A stretch of DNA of 64,000 bases. Origin: Octopus bimaculoides. Lineage: Eukaryota. Made by a program: the position numbers and the translations under genes. Shown here one piece after another: positions 51,830 to 64,000 of this stretch. Under the pieces are notes generated by a model. That model did not search any database and was not told the origin of the DNA. It was given only the letters and a program-made list of their open reading frames with translations. The stretch lies in NCBI RefSeq assembly GCF_001194135.2, contig NC_068991.1, positions 49,897,916 through 49,961,915 on the forward strand. Direction: 5' to 3'. The number at the start of each line of letters is the position of its first letter. Position 1 is the stretch's first letter.

Positions 51830-54250
51830 TTACATCTGCTTTTCATGCTGGTATGGATTAGTCAAGTCAGTTCTCATTCAAAGTTACTGTCCAAGGTAAG
51901 CCAGAGGACAATATATCACTTGCATGTTTATTTTTGGTATAGCATCCATAACTGAATGCTTTTACCCAACCACATTACTGAGTGTGCTAAGAGCATCTTT
52001 TCATAGCACCAGCACAAGTGAGGTTACCTTATATTCAACAAGAAAAAAAAAGTCTCCACTACTCAATGTCTGCATTCATTTAGAGAGCAACATGACTAAT
52101 AAAATTAATGAGAGCAATTTCAGTAGAGAGAGTGTGTGTGATGGGTGAAACAAACTGATTGGAGTGACTGTGGGAAAGGGAAGAGAGGAATGAAATAGAC
52201 AGTGCCAGGAGTAGTGGCAAGGCGTAATGTGAGAGAGACTAATTGAAGTTACATATTTGCTGGTAAGAGAAAAAACAGTACTGTCAAAGAAATGATCTAG
52301 GATGGGAGGGTGTAATGGATGTTAAAAGCAAGTGACTTGAGGGAGAGGTGGCCAGCAGAAAAAGGAGGGTAAAGTTGGCTGGTAAGAGAGAATATGTATG
52401 ATGAATACTCAAGATTGTAATAAGACAGTAGTGAATGACTATAAAAGAGTAACCTGAAGGAGAGGAAAAGGGTGTATCAGATAACAACAAGTCCAATATA
52501 ATCCTTCATAACTCAAACACCAAGATGGTAGAGAGAGGAGAAAAGTGCAGGTGATAGTATGGAGAAACTGTATGGACGGATCTAATGTTTTTTCCACATT
52601 ACATGGGCCACATGGTACAGTGAATGTGGGGAAACTGTATGGACAGAGCTAATGTTTTCCCACATTACATGGGCCACATGGTACAGTGAATGGGAAAGAG
52701 TATGATAGAGAGATGAGGTGGTATGGAATATGTAAGAGGGGGAAGAAGATGCTAACTTAGACAATACAAAGTCAGAGACATGCCAAGGTGCAACATAACA
52801 TTATATATTCCAGCTTCCATCATTATTCTCATTTTAACATATTTTACCAAGTTTGCATGAGTGAGTAGGTCTTTAACATGCATCACCAATTATCACTGTT
52901 CTGCCATTTCCTTTGTGAGTCGCAACCAAGGCCATACTAACACAGTTCTATCCCTTCCACAAATCTCGCTCCTATGTCCACATTTTCTTTTAGCTCTTTT
53001 GGACTATGTTGTTCATGCACACTAACATTACACAACAAATCATACTTCATTGTTTTTCTTTGTCTTCATTTTATTTAAGGCCTAGATCATGCTACCATAT
53101 AGTGCTGCACTTCATACACTAGTAAGCATTATGCATGCAATTTGCCTTTCACTCTGAGGAAAGCCCCTTTCTTGTCAGCAGAGGTAATAGCTCCCTGAAT
53201 TTTACCAACTTTTTTCTTACACTGGTTTCTATGCTTTCAGGATGCTCACCTCAACAGCTAATTAGGTCACTCACACAAAACTACTAGTTTCTTATGGGGA
53301 ACCTTCTAGATATTTGAGAGAATGTTTCCCCATGAGTTTTTAGTGCTTAATATATATGTGCATTTGCCACATATGAAGTGTGCCCACTATATTTCTTGTA
53401 CATCCATAGTTTATACTGAGTATGCTGTCAGGAAATTTCATTCCTTTCTCAGCCCATCAAGTAAGGCCATTTTCTGATGGTTGCAGGGTATTATCTCTCC
53501 CATTTACTTAAAACATTAGTCATTGCTAAATTTACTTTGGGACCTCTATTCCAAATTTTACTTCCATATCCAAAATTTCTCTTATTCAACTATATATTTA
53601 GCTGCTAGAACTTAGTAATCAGTATATAGGAGTGTCCAAGCACAATGTCTTAAACTCCCATGTCACAGCCTGAAGGACTATAATGAACAAAGTGGTTTTC
53701 AGGACTGTGGCTCAGCTGGCACACTAAACTTGCTGTATTTATTTCTATCACTTTGTTGCAACTTTGTATATAGGATGTACATCCCTGAAAAACCTTTCAG
53801 CTACACTTAATTTCCACCAAATTACTGAGCATGGAATTCTGTCAAAGGCTTTCTCCAAGTCAACAAATGCTAAGTACATTAACCCACTCATAGCCGAGTG
53901 CTTTTTCTGCAGTTGTTTCACCAGGAAAAGGGTCATCAGTAGCACCTATTCTTGGAACAAAGCTGAAATGCACCTTATCTCAGTTAATTCTCTTCTGAAT
54001 CAGTTGTACTATAAATCTTTCAGTGACTTTTATAACTTGGCCAGTCTATTTGATATATATGTAGTTTCTTCTTTCAAAAGCATAAATTTGTTAGGGAGTG
54101 ATTTGCATAGTTTTTATTCAGTTATTTCCCTGATTTCAGGGACCAAACTGTAGCCATCTGGGTCACTACCTTTAAGGGATGAAGATAGGAGTGTTGGCAT
54201 CATTGTATTGGAATTAGTTTTCATCTAGAAATATTTTTGAGAAGTATTAA
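51830..54250 (-). mobile_element. ~2.4-kb RTE LINE relic (RT domain to tail)
   Basis: MYLAFVDLEKAFDRIPCSVIWWKL (RT) at 53748-53945, downstream degenerate ORF2 motifs, UTR with a 67-bp duplication, family tail at about 51830-52030. Confidence 0.8.
52561..52692. repeat. 67-bp tandem duplication inside the RTE UTR
   Basis: ggagaaactgtatggac...catgggccacatggtacagtgaatg occurs twice, at 52561 and 52628. Confidence 0.85.
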
Positions 54251-55547
54251 AGAATCTTACAGATATCCCTTGCTAAAAAAAGATCCCTTAATTTAGAATA
54301 CTTAACATATTCCCATGTTTAATACTTCATTCACCCCATACATCTCTCACTGAAATTATCTATTCCAGCTTTTGCTTTAAGCTTTCAACCTGAATTCATT
54401 CTGAAGTGAAAACAGCAAAATCATAGTTGCTGATGCTACACAGGTTGAATATTGTGGACACAATCTCCTTGAAGTGCAAACAAAAATTGATTTCTTCTTC
54501 TACCATTTCTAATTTATGAATGAATTTCAGCATGGTTTAATTGTATTTTAAATTAACATATCATAGCCTTGGCAAGTTAACTTGTTTATATATGAGAGAG
54601 GAATGTGCAGAACCTGAGAGTTGACACAATACTGGAAGATAACCAATTTGAAGGAGGTTCGGAAGAGAAGTGCAAACTATTGAGAGAGATGTTTAAATGT
54701 TGAAAGAAATTTAGGTGAGCTTGTAAACCTTGAAATAAAACCAAATCAACAACATACAAAATGTTGAAGACACTAGGCTTTTTTTTTCAGGGATAAAAAT
54801 AAACATAAAAAATTTACTTCATTTAGACCAAATATAAACTCTCCTATTTGAAAGTATCATAAATAGTTGATCTTGCCAACAAAAAGTTTTAATTTATTTT
54901 TTTGCCTTGTTTAAAATCAGTACTTTTAATTTTCCACAGATCTCAAAACTGGTGGGTGAAAGGAAGGACTTATCCTAAAACCTTAATCAGGATGTATGCA
55001 ACAGAGCTAACTCTGTTAAAGGCACTTACAACTCAGAGATAATTTTGCTAAAGTAGATGAAGCATTAAGTCTACCTCCCAAAATTGAATGTGCTTATGGT
55101 ACCTAGGTTTCTGATGTGGCCACCCATTTTAATAATAACTTAGATTCAATATTGTTTAAATTTGATGAGAACAAATTTTCTGATGAGAACAAGTGTTTTC
55201 ACTGTGATAAGGCTAAAAAACAGATTTAGATACTTTACAATTAAAAATAAAAACTCAAGACTTAAACCCACTTCTTATTAGAATTCAAAATGGCTGAAAT
55301 ATAAGCTACTTTGAACTCAATTTTTAATATTTTTTTTATACTTTAACTGTATCTCTGACATTAATAAGGTAGGATTGACAAACAAAAATTAAAGTAGATT
55401 TTATTTGTTGACTTGACAGATAACATTGTCATAATGGGCATTACTAGTTTATAGTGTACCTATTATATAATATATATAGACTGTTCTTCTCTTCATTCAC
55501 ATGTAACATCATAAAAATAACTACCAAAACAATAACAGAAAACTCAC

Positions 55548-55652
55548 CAACATCAGGACTGGTTGCATTAACAGGTAAGTCACCACAACCCACTTCTGCA
55601 TCAGTTAAAACCTCATTTCTTGGTAAATCCATTTCCACCTCTTCACCAGTAG
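55548..55652 (-). CDS. EML: Upstream exon of the EML-like gene (acidic N-terminal segment)
   Basis: ttttattttgcag|CT ACT GGT ... GAT GTT G|gtgagt; 105 nt, phase 1-1, TGEEVEMDLPRNEVLTDAEVGCGDLPVNATSPDV. Joins the coiled-coil exon in frame (G+AT=Asp) across a 38,858-nt intron. The assignment rests on splice signals and phase only. Confidence 0.65.
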
Positions 55653-56145
55653 CTGCAAAATAAAATGCAGAGTATGTCCTATATTAAAAAATAGATAAAA
55701 CAAAACACTGACAGAAACAAGACCCTTTAGTTATGTTTAACCCTATAATTTACTGTTCAGACTTGTTGGCTTTACATAATGACCAGGAAACAATCGGCTA
55801 GGGATGGGACAGGTCATTGAGACACCAGTGAATGTGTCATCATTATGTAGTCTATGTAGAGCAAGTCAGGTTAAAACCCAAAATTTGAAGGAAATGGATT
55901 AATTCTTGCCAACACAAAATGCCACCAGAGGAGAATATGTTGAGTCAAGTTCTTTCCATAAAGTCAAAGAAATCAATTTGCCCCATTCTTTCCAAAACAA
56001 TACTCAAAAGAGAATTTGAACTCAGCACTTAAAATTCTGCATCAATTACACTGTAACAACATTTTTCATTCATTTATTGTTTTTGTCTTTGGTCAGTAAG
56101 TGTTATTTCCTATTTGCTTTTATGAAGAAATCAAAGGAAATGATA

Positions 56146-56457
56146 ATTCCCTTCAAACTTTACTTTTGCGACCTGGACGTCAATGTTCTGAAACTGACCT
56201 ATTTTCCATTACATTTCAGACAGATTCAGCACTGAGCAGCTGAAGCAGAAATATTATTATAGTAAATATTCTGCTCAATACCACAGATTTGTTTGTCTGT
56301 AGCTTGATCATAACCATTTGAGCATGTCCCTTGGTGGTTGACAATATGTGCATCACTGATCATGAATAAGATTAGCAAGAGGCTTAGCATATCCATGTGT
56401 TGAGAGGGATTCTTTGGAGTTTGAATAAATGTAAGAAAAGCAGAGATTGAAGGAAAT
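56146..56457. mobile_element. Possible short-TIR non-autonomous element
   Basis: Ends attcccttcaaac and gattgaaggaaat are imperfect inverted repeats; there is no second copy in the window. Confidence 0.35.
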
Positions 56458-56739
56458 ATTAGCTATTTTCATTAGTTTATAAGGGTAAGCAAATAGGAAA
56501 AACCAGTTGCTACCCAAGGATAAAAATCATCACATTGTTAAACAAAGTTCTCAATGCTTGCAACAATTACTTTGTACCTTTTATTGGATCTATTTTTTTT
56601 TAACAAAATTGACTGGGTAAGTGAAAGCAAAATCTCTTGGTTGTCAATGACATATTAATGACAATTTTTTTATTATTAGAAGCTGCTCTCCACCAACACA
56701 ACTGAAAGAAGAACATCAAGAGAAACATGTAAATTAGTT

Positions 56740-56947
56740 TCAAAGTTTGGCACAAGGCCAGCAATTTTAGGGAAGGGGACTTGATTACATCACCCCCAGT
56801 GTTCAACTGCTACTTATTTTATACATCCCAAAAGGATAAAAGGCAAACTTGACCTAAGTGGAATTTGAACTCAGAATGTAAAGATGGAAGTACTGCTAGT
56901 AAGTATTTTGCCTGGCATGCTAGCAATTCTGCCAACTTGCCACTTTA
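56740..56947 (-). mobile_element. CORE-type SINE (family 3)
   Basis: Same structure and tail type as 15385-15599. Confidence 0.75.
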
Positions 56948-57747
56948 ATCAAGAGAATCGTGTAAATTACTTAGAAAATGTCTACACTGAAAATTGTTAA
57001 TTAACCCTTTGGAAATAGAACCTCCTTTGGAGTTTCAGTACCAAGAAGACGGAGCCCTTTTCACAAGCCCTACAGAGGGCATACACTTATTTAAAAAAAA
57101 AAATAAAGTAATTTACATATATAAAACTATATGCATTCTTGCAAAAAATTGAATGAACTAATAGAATTTTCATTATTCAATTGATAGATTGGTTCTGTCA
57201 TCTAAGAGATAAGACTTTTTAAGTTATTTTACTACACCTATTGATGTTAAATCTGTATACAACAAACATTTACATAATGAAATGCCATAGTTGATAAGGA
57301 GCAGGATAAAAAAAAAGGATATAACATTACTAAAAAATTGTTTAATTTTAATTTTTTCTTTTTAAATTTTGATTGTTAGTATTTTGATAAAAATGAAAAG
57401 AAATAATGAAGAGAAAAAGTAAATTTTGAAAAGATTTGTGGGGTAAAATGTACAGTTCTAATTATCATTTTCATGTGTAATTCAACATCTGTTCCCAAAC
57501 TTTTTATAAATAAAACCTATGCAAGGTCAATTTCTGTTGTCCTCAGTATTTATTAACAAAAAGTACACTTCAATGAAAGCTTTTGATATCATAATTTTTT
57601 AACATAAGAGTTTTTAATTAGTGTTGTGAGTTCTCAAAGAATTTATATTCACATCATTAGAAAATTATGAAAATGCCTTTAACTCAACTTCTAATGTCAC
57701 AGAGACAGAAAATACAAATAACTAAAAAAAAAATTTTAAAAGAACAT

Positions 57748-58142
57748 ACTCTTTACTCTTTTTTTTACTTGTTTCAGTCATTTGACTGCGGCCATGCTGG
57801 AGCACCGCCTTTAGTCGAGAAATTCGACCTCAGGACTTATTCTTTGTAAGCCTGGTACTTATTCTATCAGTCTCTTTGCCGAACCACTAAGTTACGGGGA
57901 CGTAAACACACCAGCATCGGTTGTCAAGCGATGGTGGGGGGACAAACACACATACATATATATATATATATACATATATACAACAGGCTTCTTTCAGTTT
58001 CCGTCTACTAAATCCACTCACAAGGCTTCGGTTGGCCCGAAGCTATAGTAGACACTTGCCCAAGGTGCCACGCAGTGGGAATGAACCCCGAACCATGTGG
58101 TTGGTAAGCAAGCTACTTACCACACAGCCACTCCTATGCCTA
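57748..58142 (-). mobile_element. SINE family 1, young copy
   Basis: Near-complete reverse complement of 19299-19759 with many CpGs retained. Confidence 0.9.
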
Positions 58143-59205
58143 CGACATGTAAAGAATTTTTTTTTTTTTTTTAAATATAGCTTAAAATAAACGCTACACT
58201 ATTATTACAAGATCTGCAGAGTAATCAGTTTGCCAGACCAATATGCCTGTTTTGAGAGAAAAGGTTAAAGACAGATTAATACAAAAGTGAATCAGAAAGA
58301 GCTCAGTATTAAATCCATTTTAAGCAATAACTAAATCAGCAATCAAGAATAGGATAATAAAATTTGTCTATATCCTATTATACATTTTATCACTGAAGAT
58401 ATATAAGAGCAAAAGACTAGGATAATGCCATGAGATCAGTAGGAGAGAAAGCAAAGAAGTAGAAAGATATACAAAAACTAGGAAGAGAGAAATTAAAATA
58501 GTATATTTCATCACATACTTTTACCTCATTTAATACTGGATAATTATTGGGTCTTACAAGTATACTTTTGTAAACTGTACTCACAACAGAATTTTAATTC
58601 AGTCATGTTAGTCAAGGAAATAATCTTGACAATTACAGAGTGGATGTATTGCACTACACTGATTTACTATACTGTACTATACTGTACTGTAAGGTAGAGT
58701 AAATTAGCAGAGTTAAATGTTTTGGCCATTAATATAATGCAATGCCAAGATATCAAATAGAAATTCAAGCAGATCAGCTGAGGACAAAAAAACCCCCAAA
58801 AAAACTAGGATGATCATGACATGAACAACAACTACAGCTGTTCTTGTCATTGCTGATATAAAACTGAAGACTGATTAACCCCAAACCAAAAGTGTTAAAT
58901 TGGAAGTAGGTAGCCATAAAAAAAAAAGACAAGATATGATTTAAGGGAGAAACCAATAAAAGGCTGACAACATCTTCAGTGAAATCTGCAAGGCATGCTT
59001 TATTAAGACAGAAACCAATGAGAGAGTGACAATAAAAAAAGAAATCAGATTATTTCAGGAGATCAGACATTACAAAGTTACAAGATTCTTTGGAATTGAA
59101 ATATCACATTTCTATAAGAAACAAACTAATGTAATTTTAAGATTTTATTTAAAGCAAATCCAGGTAGTAACTCCTATGAAGGGACAAGATTTCAGATTCT
59201 TTTAA

Positions 59206-59412
59206 CCTTTTAACATTTATGCCGGCTATATGTAGCCCAAATATTCTACCTGTCTTATGTTCAAATCGGACAGATCTGGACTGTCTTACCTATCTTACAA
59301 TGTCATTTTTTAAATATACAATCACAAAATTTCAAAGCTATGAGATAATGTATGATGAATTCAAAACAATGTGAATAAATAAGCAATACAAAATAATCTG
59401 AATGCTAAAGGG
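59206..59412 (-). mobile_element. piggyBac-type MITE family A, copy 3
   Basis: TTAA|ccttttaacattt ... aatgctaaaggg|TTAA; reverse complement of family A. Confidence 0.8.
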
Positions 59413-60229
59413 TTAATCAAATTTTAAAGCTAGATCACTCATATTATAATGGCTCTGAGTTACAATTTTGAAACAATATCTTGATTCCATAGCAGAAAAC
59501 TAAAAATGTAATTTATCATTTGATATTTATTTTGTAATTATTTTATATTTTCTTAAATCAGGTCTTCAAAAGCCTTGAGAGGTTCCTAAGGGTTTAGTTC
59601 TAATTTTATGGTGTTCAGTGAATGAAAAATAAATCTCCCTATGGATAAAACATCTTCCTGATCAAATACATATTCTTAATTAACAGCTAGTTAAATTGAG
59701 GCATGAACACAGGCTAAATACACATTAACTATACATACATACAGAACTAGACACAAATATACACCTACAACCATTTGAACTTAAAATCAAAGCATTTAAT
59801 GAAGATCACAGAATATCAATAAAACATTAGGTCAATTAAACAAACTAGTTCAAAAAAAGAAGTCAGTTTAACATTTCTAAGATTAAAAATCAGCAGAGTG
59901 ATCTTTATGTCACCTGAGGCTTGAGATTGCCTCAAACTATTAATGGCACAGAAAAAAATGTTTTTTTTAACTGATGAAGCTACATAAAAAAATTCATTCA
60001 ACTTCCATAATGTTATAGAGAATAATCGTATAATAAATTTCAAAAAGTGTTATAATTTCATGCCACATCCAATATATCTCATCTAATATATTTAACTTAT
60101 TCTTTCTTTTAGTATGAAGGTAAAAATCTACTTTGCTTCTATTTTTAAAGTTATTGCTGTACAATGTCTGTAAAAAGATTTATAATATTTAATACCTAAT
60201 AATTATGTGTGCTAAATTACTTTGACTTC

Positions 60230-61180
60230 GGGCACATGACATTCCAGTATCATCATGATCTGTTTGCATTCATGGCAAAATACACTCTCCATACTAATCT
60301 TATGTATTCTGAATTAAGCATTTTCCCCCCACCCATGTAAATTGTTACTTTCAGTTCCTCCTGTTAATCTTTGCAAGATGATCCTTGTACAACCTCCCTT
60401 TCTTTTTCTCTCTGGACCCCAGTCTAAGGCTTGCCTTATCAAAAACCCTTTTGTCCCTGTAACATCTGATTTACTAATCCCGATTAATGCCTTCCTATTT
60501 GTTGGTTGAGGGGTTTCAGCTTGGTTTTGGTTGAGAGGCCTTTGTTCATATTTTTTAGTATCTGATGTTTAAGATATTTCTGAGGCACCTGTTCATGAAT
60601 GCTTCTCATATTTGTATTCCTTTGTTATGGCTCAGCATCAGGTATCAGAACAGGTTTGACATTGCAACCAAAAATCCTCAAATTACAGTTTGGACAAAGC
60701 CCTTCCTTTCCAGACAATCTTTAAAATGCTGAAGGCTTGACTCATTTTCTTAAGTCATACTTCATCATCCTCCACTAAAACTCCAACACCATATTTCCAA
60801 GATACATTAAACGCTTCTCTTTAGTCAACATGATTATTGACCATATCAACAGTCAAGATCACCACTGAATTTTCATGTCTCTCCAAAGTTAAATCTGGTT
60901 TTTACTGCAATCTCTGTTAGCTTTGTCTTTTTCTGCATATCATGAATATTCTAGAACATTACATAAATGTTGTCCACCAAGTCTAGATCCTCTTGCACCT
61001 GCTTTTGTGCCCACCACCCCATAACCATTGTACTGGCCTGTGCAAATATATCATCCAGTCAGTCACCACCAACAAGATCATCAGTATTAATACACATCTG
61101 TTTCACTTCAGTTTTCACTTCCAAAGATTTTGACAATCTCCATCATTTGACAAAAAGTGTCTTTGTTTAGCAGTTGACTG
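60230..61180 (-). mobile_element. Degenerate non-LTR retrotransposon ORF2 fragment (RTE-like)
   Basis: Remnants resembling RT motifs on the minus strand (GVVQGS, GFLIRQA), heavily interrupted. Confidence 0.5.
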
Positions 61181-61226
61181 ACATTAATGAATAAGGAATT
61201 CTGTAGTGACAGAACAAACTCTATAT

Positions 61227-61496
61227 TGGTGGTTCCCAAAGTAGATGGTACTTTCCACCTGGAGGTGGTGGAAAGATCCAGGAGGGGGTGTTGAAGAAAA
61301 GTGGGGTGATAANNNNNNNNNNNNNNNNNNNNNNNNNNNNNNNNNNNNNNNNNNNNNNNNNNNNNNNNNNNNNNNNNNNNNNNNNNNNNNNNNNNNNNNN
61401 NNNNNNNNNNNNNNNNNNNNNNNNNNGGGGGGGGGGGCTAGGAAAGTAACTTGGGTGCCAAAGGTGCGGCAGCCTGAAAAAGTCTGGAAATCACTA
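61227..61496. mobile_element. Probable hAT/Charlie-type MITE spanning an N gap
   Basis: Degenerate termini tggtggttcccaaagt and agtctggaaatcacta; no clear TSD. Confidence 0.5.
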
Positions 61497-64000
61497 TATC
61501 ATTTTCTTATTAACAATATAACATGAAATATTACTTCAGAAACTATTATTTCATTGCATGCACATTCTTTAAAGTTTAAGAAAATTATTATTTAGCAATT
61601 CTACCAGTTTACAAAAATATTCTTTCCAAATATTTAACATTTTCAAATTTAATTAAGAAACCACATGATTTTATGGGACCAACTTATAGATATGTGATTT
61701 TACTTAATTTTCAGAAAAGCCTTATAGCAAAGTGAAAGTAGGGTATATAGAATTAACTGTCCAGCCCAGAACTGCAATGGATTACCTGCAGTTCATATTC
61801 CAGTGCTATACTTATTCAACTACTTTATCCTAACCAATTTGTAGCATCAGCTACAAAGCTGATCAAGAAACTAAAGAATTAAGAACAATAATTAAATGCT
61901 AATTGTGCTAAAATAACTATTAACATAACTGTTGGCTGACATCAAACTTCACAGTATAAAAAGTGAAGAAGCATCTACTTATTTGATATTTGATTAGTGT
62001 AACAAGTACAACTTCCTCACCTAAACCTCTGATGTCTTACAATTGAGGATCACGCTTTTTAAAGACATAAATTTAGTAAGCATCATATTAATTGTTCACC
62101 TATTATACTGCTAATCAGTATTTCATGTTCAACTCAAACCAACATGTTGCGTGTTCAGAGTGCTGGTCTTGTATGTCGTCGTTAAATAGTTGATAATATA
62201 TCTCCATACTTTTATTATACCCAATCGCATCTAGTTTTAATCATCACTTTGATTTGGTCAGTTCTCTTTGAAATTTTCCTGTTGTCAATTGATAAAACTA
62301 TACCAGTTGTGAGAATGTTAATTATTATGGCAACAATAAATGATGACTATTTGAAGTAATAAAACTTGATTACCAATAAATGTTTTTGCTACTGTACTTT
62401 GTGCTTACAATTGTCATGGCAACCAATTTAGCTAATATCACATCATATGGATCTAAAAAAATTCCCTTTGTAAGTTTATAAAATACTCTCAATGCAGTGG
62501 AGGTTAGCAATTACAATGAATTTCCCTTTCAGATAAATTTCTGAAATGGTTTGATTTTAATAACATCATCATGATCTATTTGGTAGAAAGCATTAATATT
62601 ATGCAAGACTATTTCATACCAACTACAGTTCAACTCATTGCAATCAAAGATTACCACTGCTTCTCATACCAAACCAAAAAACCAGGTTGCTCAACCTGCT
62701 GAGAATAGTAGCCAATTGTCCTCAAAACATAACCCTACCGTCTTTGATCAAGTTTGTTCAATCAGGGCTAACTCAGACTGTAGTTGACTCATTGAGCTTA
62801 ATATGTAGTAGTAGCTGAGTCTCTCTATAAACATGTTTTCTTTCATTATAGAGGATAAAAAATAAAAAACAGTTGTATCTTAGCATGCACACATGCATTA
62901 GCAGACACACAGACACATGTACATATACAAACACACAAACATACACATAGATACACATGTAATTGTCTTAGAATTTGCCTTATTGGTTTAGCAGCTCATC
63001 CAGGTAAATCTACATCTCAAACAACAGCCACTTATTGTCACTTGTTACTGCCAAATGACATCTTAAAGCCAGTGCAAGAGTGTAGATCTCTGAAGCTATG
63101 ATCCATGCAAGTTCTTCTTTGATAAATCTTAGCTATGTCTTCAGTTACCCACTATAATGTCATTGTCAACAAATTGGATTAATAATGTAGATAACTGCTT
63201 CTAAAGGATATCAATATTTACAGCTGGTTCACCAAAAGTATTCTATACTGATGACATGTGTAGTGATGTTTAAGTTGCCAACATCAAATAGTTTCAAGTA
63301 AAAGATTCTCAGATCATGAAATCCAAATTTCTCAATCATACCAAAACTGGAAACCCATACACTTTTGCAGAGTTTTATTGTCATTTACACGATATTCATG
63401 TTATTAAGAAAGCATTTATGCTTTTTGGACTGCCTAGTTTGAAGGAATGAACATTTCAAAACTTTCTCCAATATTTCCATAGAATGGTTTCAGTATGCAA
63501 TTCCAAGAACTCCAGATACTAAAAGTGTTTAACGAAATTAGTGCATAATCAATTTACTATTGCATTGAAGAAAAAGATTAGGATATTTTCACTGAATAAT
63601 ATGGAATTAACCAGTACTGTCATATTGAGCAATATCTTGAGGATTACACACATGCAATGTCCCTTACTTATCATTTCTCAACTAGTAATTAACAGCAGTC
63701 ATCAACAAACTTTATATAAGAGAGGCCTAAATAGATCAAATTGGCTTAGTTTTGTCATGTAATTCAAAACTAAACTAAATGCACAAAAAAATTGTATTAG
63801 ATAAAAAGGATTCGTACAAATCTCTCCCCCTCTCCCTCTCTCTCTCCCATACTGATCTTGGACTAAAGATGAAGTATGCCACAAATTGAAAGATGAGGTC
63901 ACATGTTTGCTCTCATAATTGATGAAAAATGGAAGCTGAAATCACTATTAGATTCTAATTGCTAAACTAAGCATGAAGTTGGTGATGGCCTATTGAAAGA

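Noticed and set aside
61990-62220. Possible first exon (MEIYYQLFNDDIQDQHSEHA... or MSLKSVILN)
   Set aside because: Donor sites are weak and there is no homology evidence.
1-64000. CRISPR arrays, rRNA, operons or other prokaryotic systems
   Set aside because: None seen; the repeats are microsatellites and eukaryotic transposon copies with no repeat-spacer periodicity.

Overview
AT-rich eukaryotic draft-assembly sequence with several N gaps, mostly beside microsatellites. The SINE, LINE and MITE repertoire resembles Octopus as I recall it (inference; no search run). The window appears to lie inside one large minus-strand gene of the EML/EMAP (echinoderm microtubule-associated protein-like) family. 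Four exons splice in frame: 55652-55548, 16689-16537 (the N-terminal trimerisation coiled coil), 12800-12566 and a 39-nt micro-exon at 3199-3161. The WD40/TAPE part should lie beyond position 1. The introns hold a full-length but defective Tc1-like element with DD36E spacing, two DD34D mariner copies plus a related MITE, a hAT (Blackjack-like) relic, hAT- and piggyBac-type MITEs, many RTE LINE fragments, Penelope-like relics and three tRNA-SINE families. The most interesting unexplained structures are a decayed duplicate of an EML exon that kept its acceptor, several long hairpins (two close to EML exons), a ~415-bp near-perfect palindrome, and a CpG-retaining island inside the 39-kb intron. 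I found no CRISPR array, rRNA, bona fide tRNA gene or prokaryote-type system. Most ORFs in the supplied track are spurious or transposon-derived.
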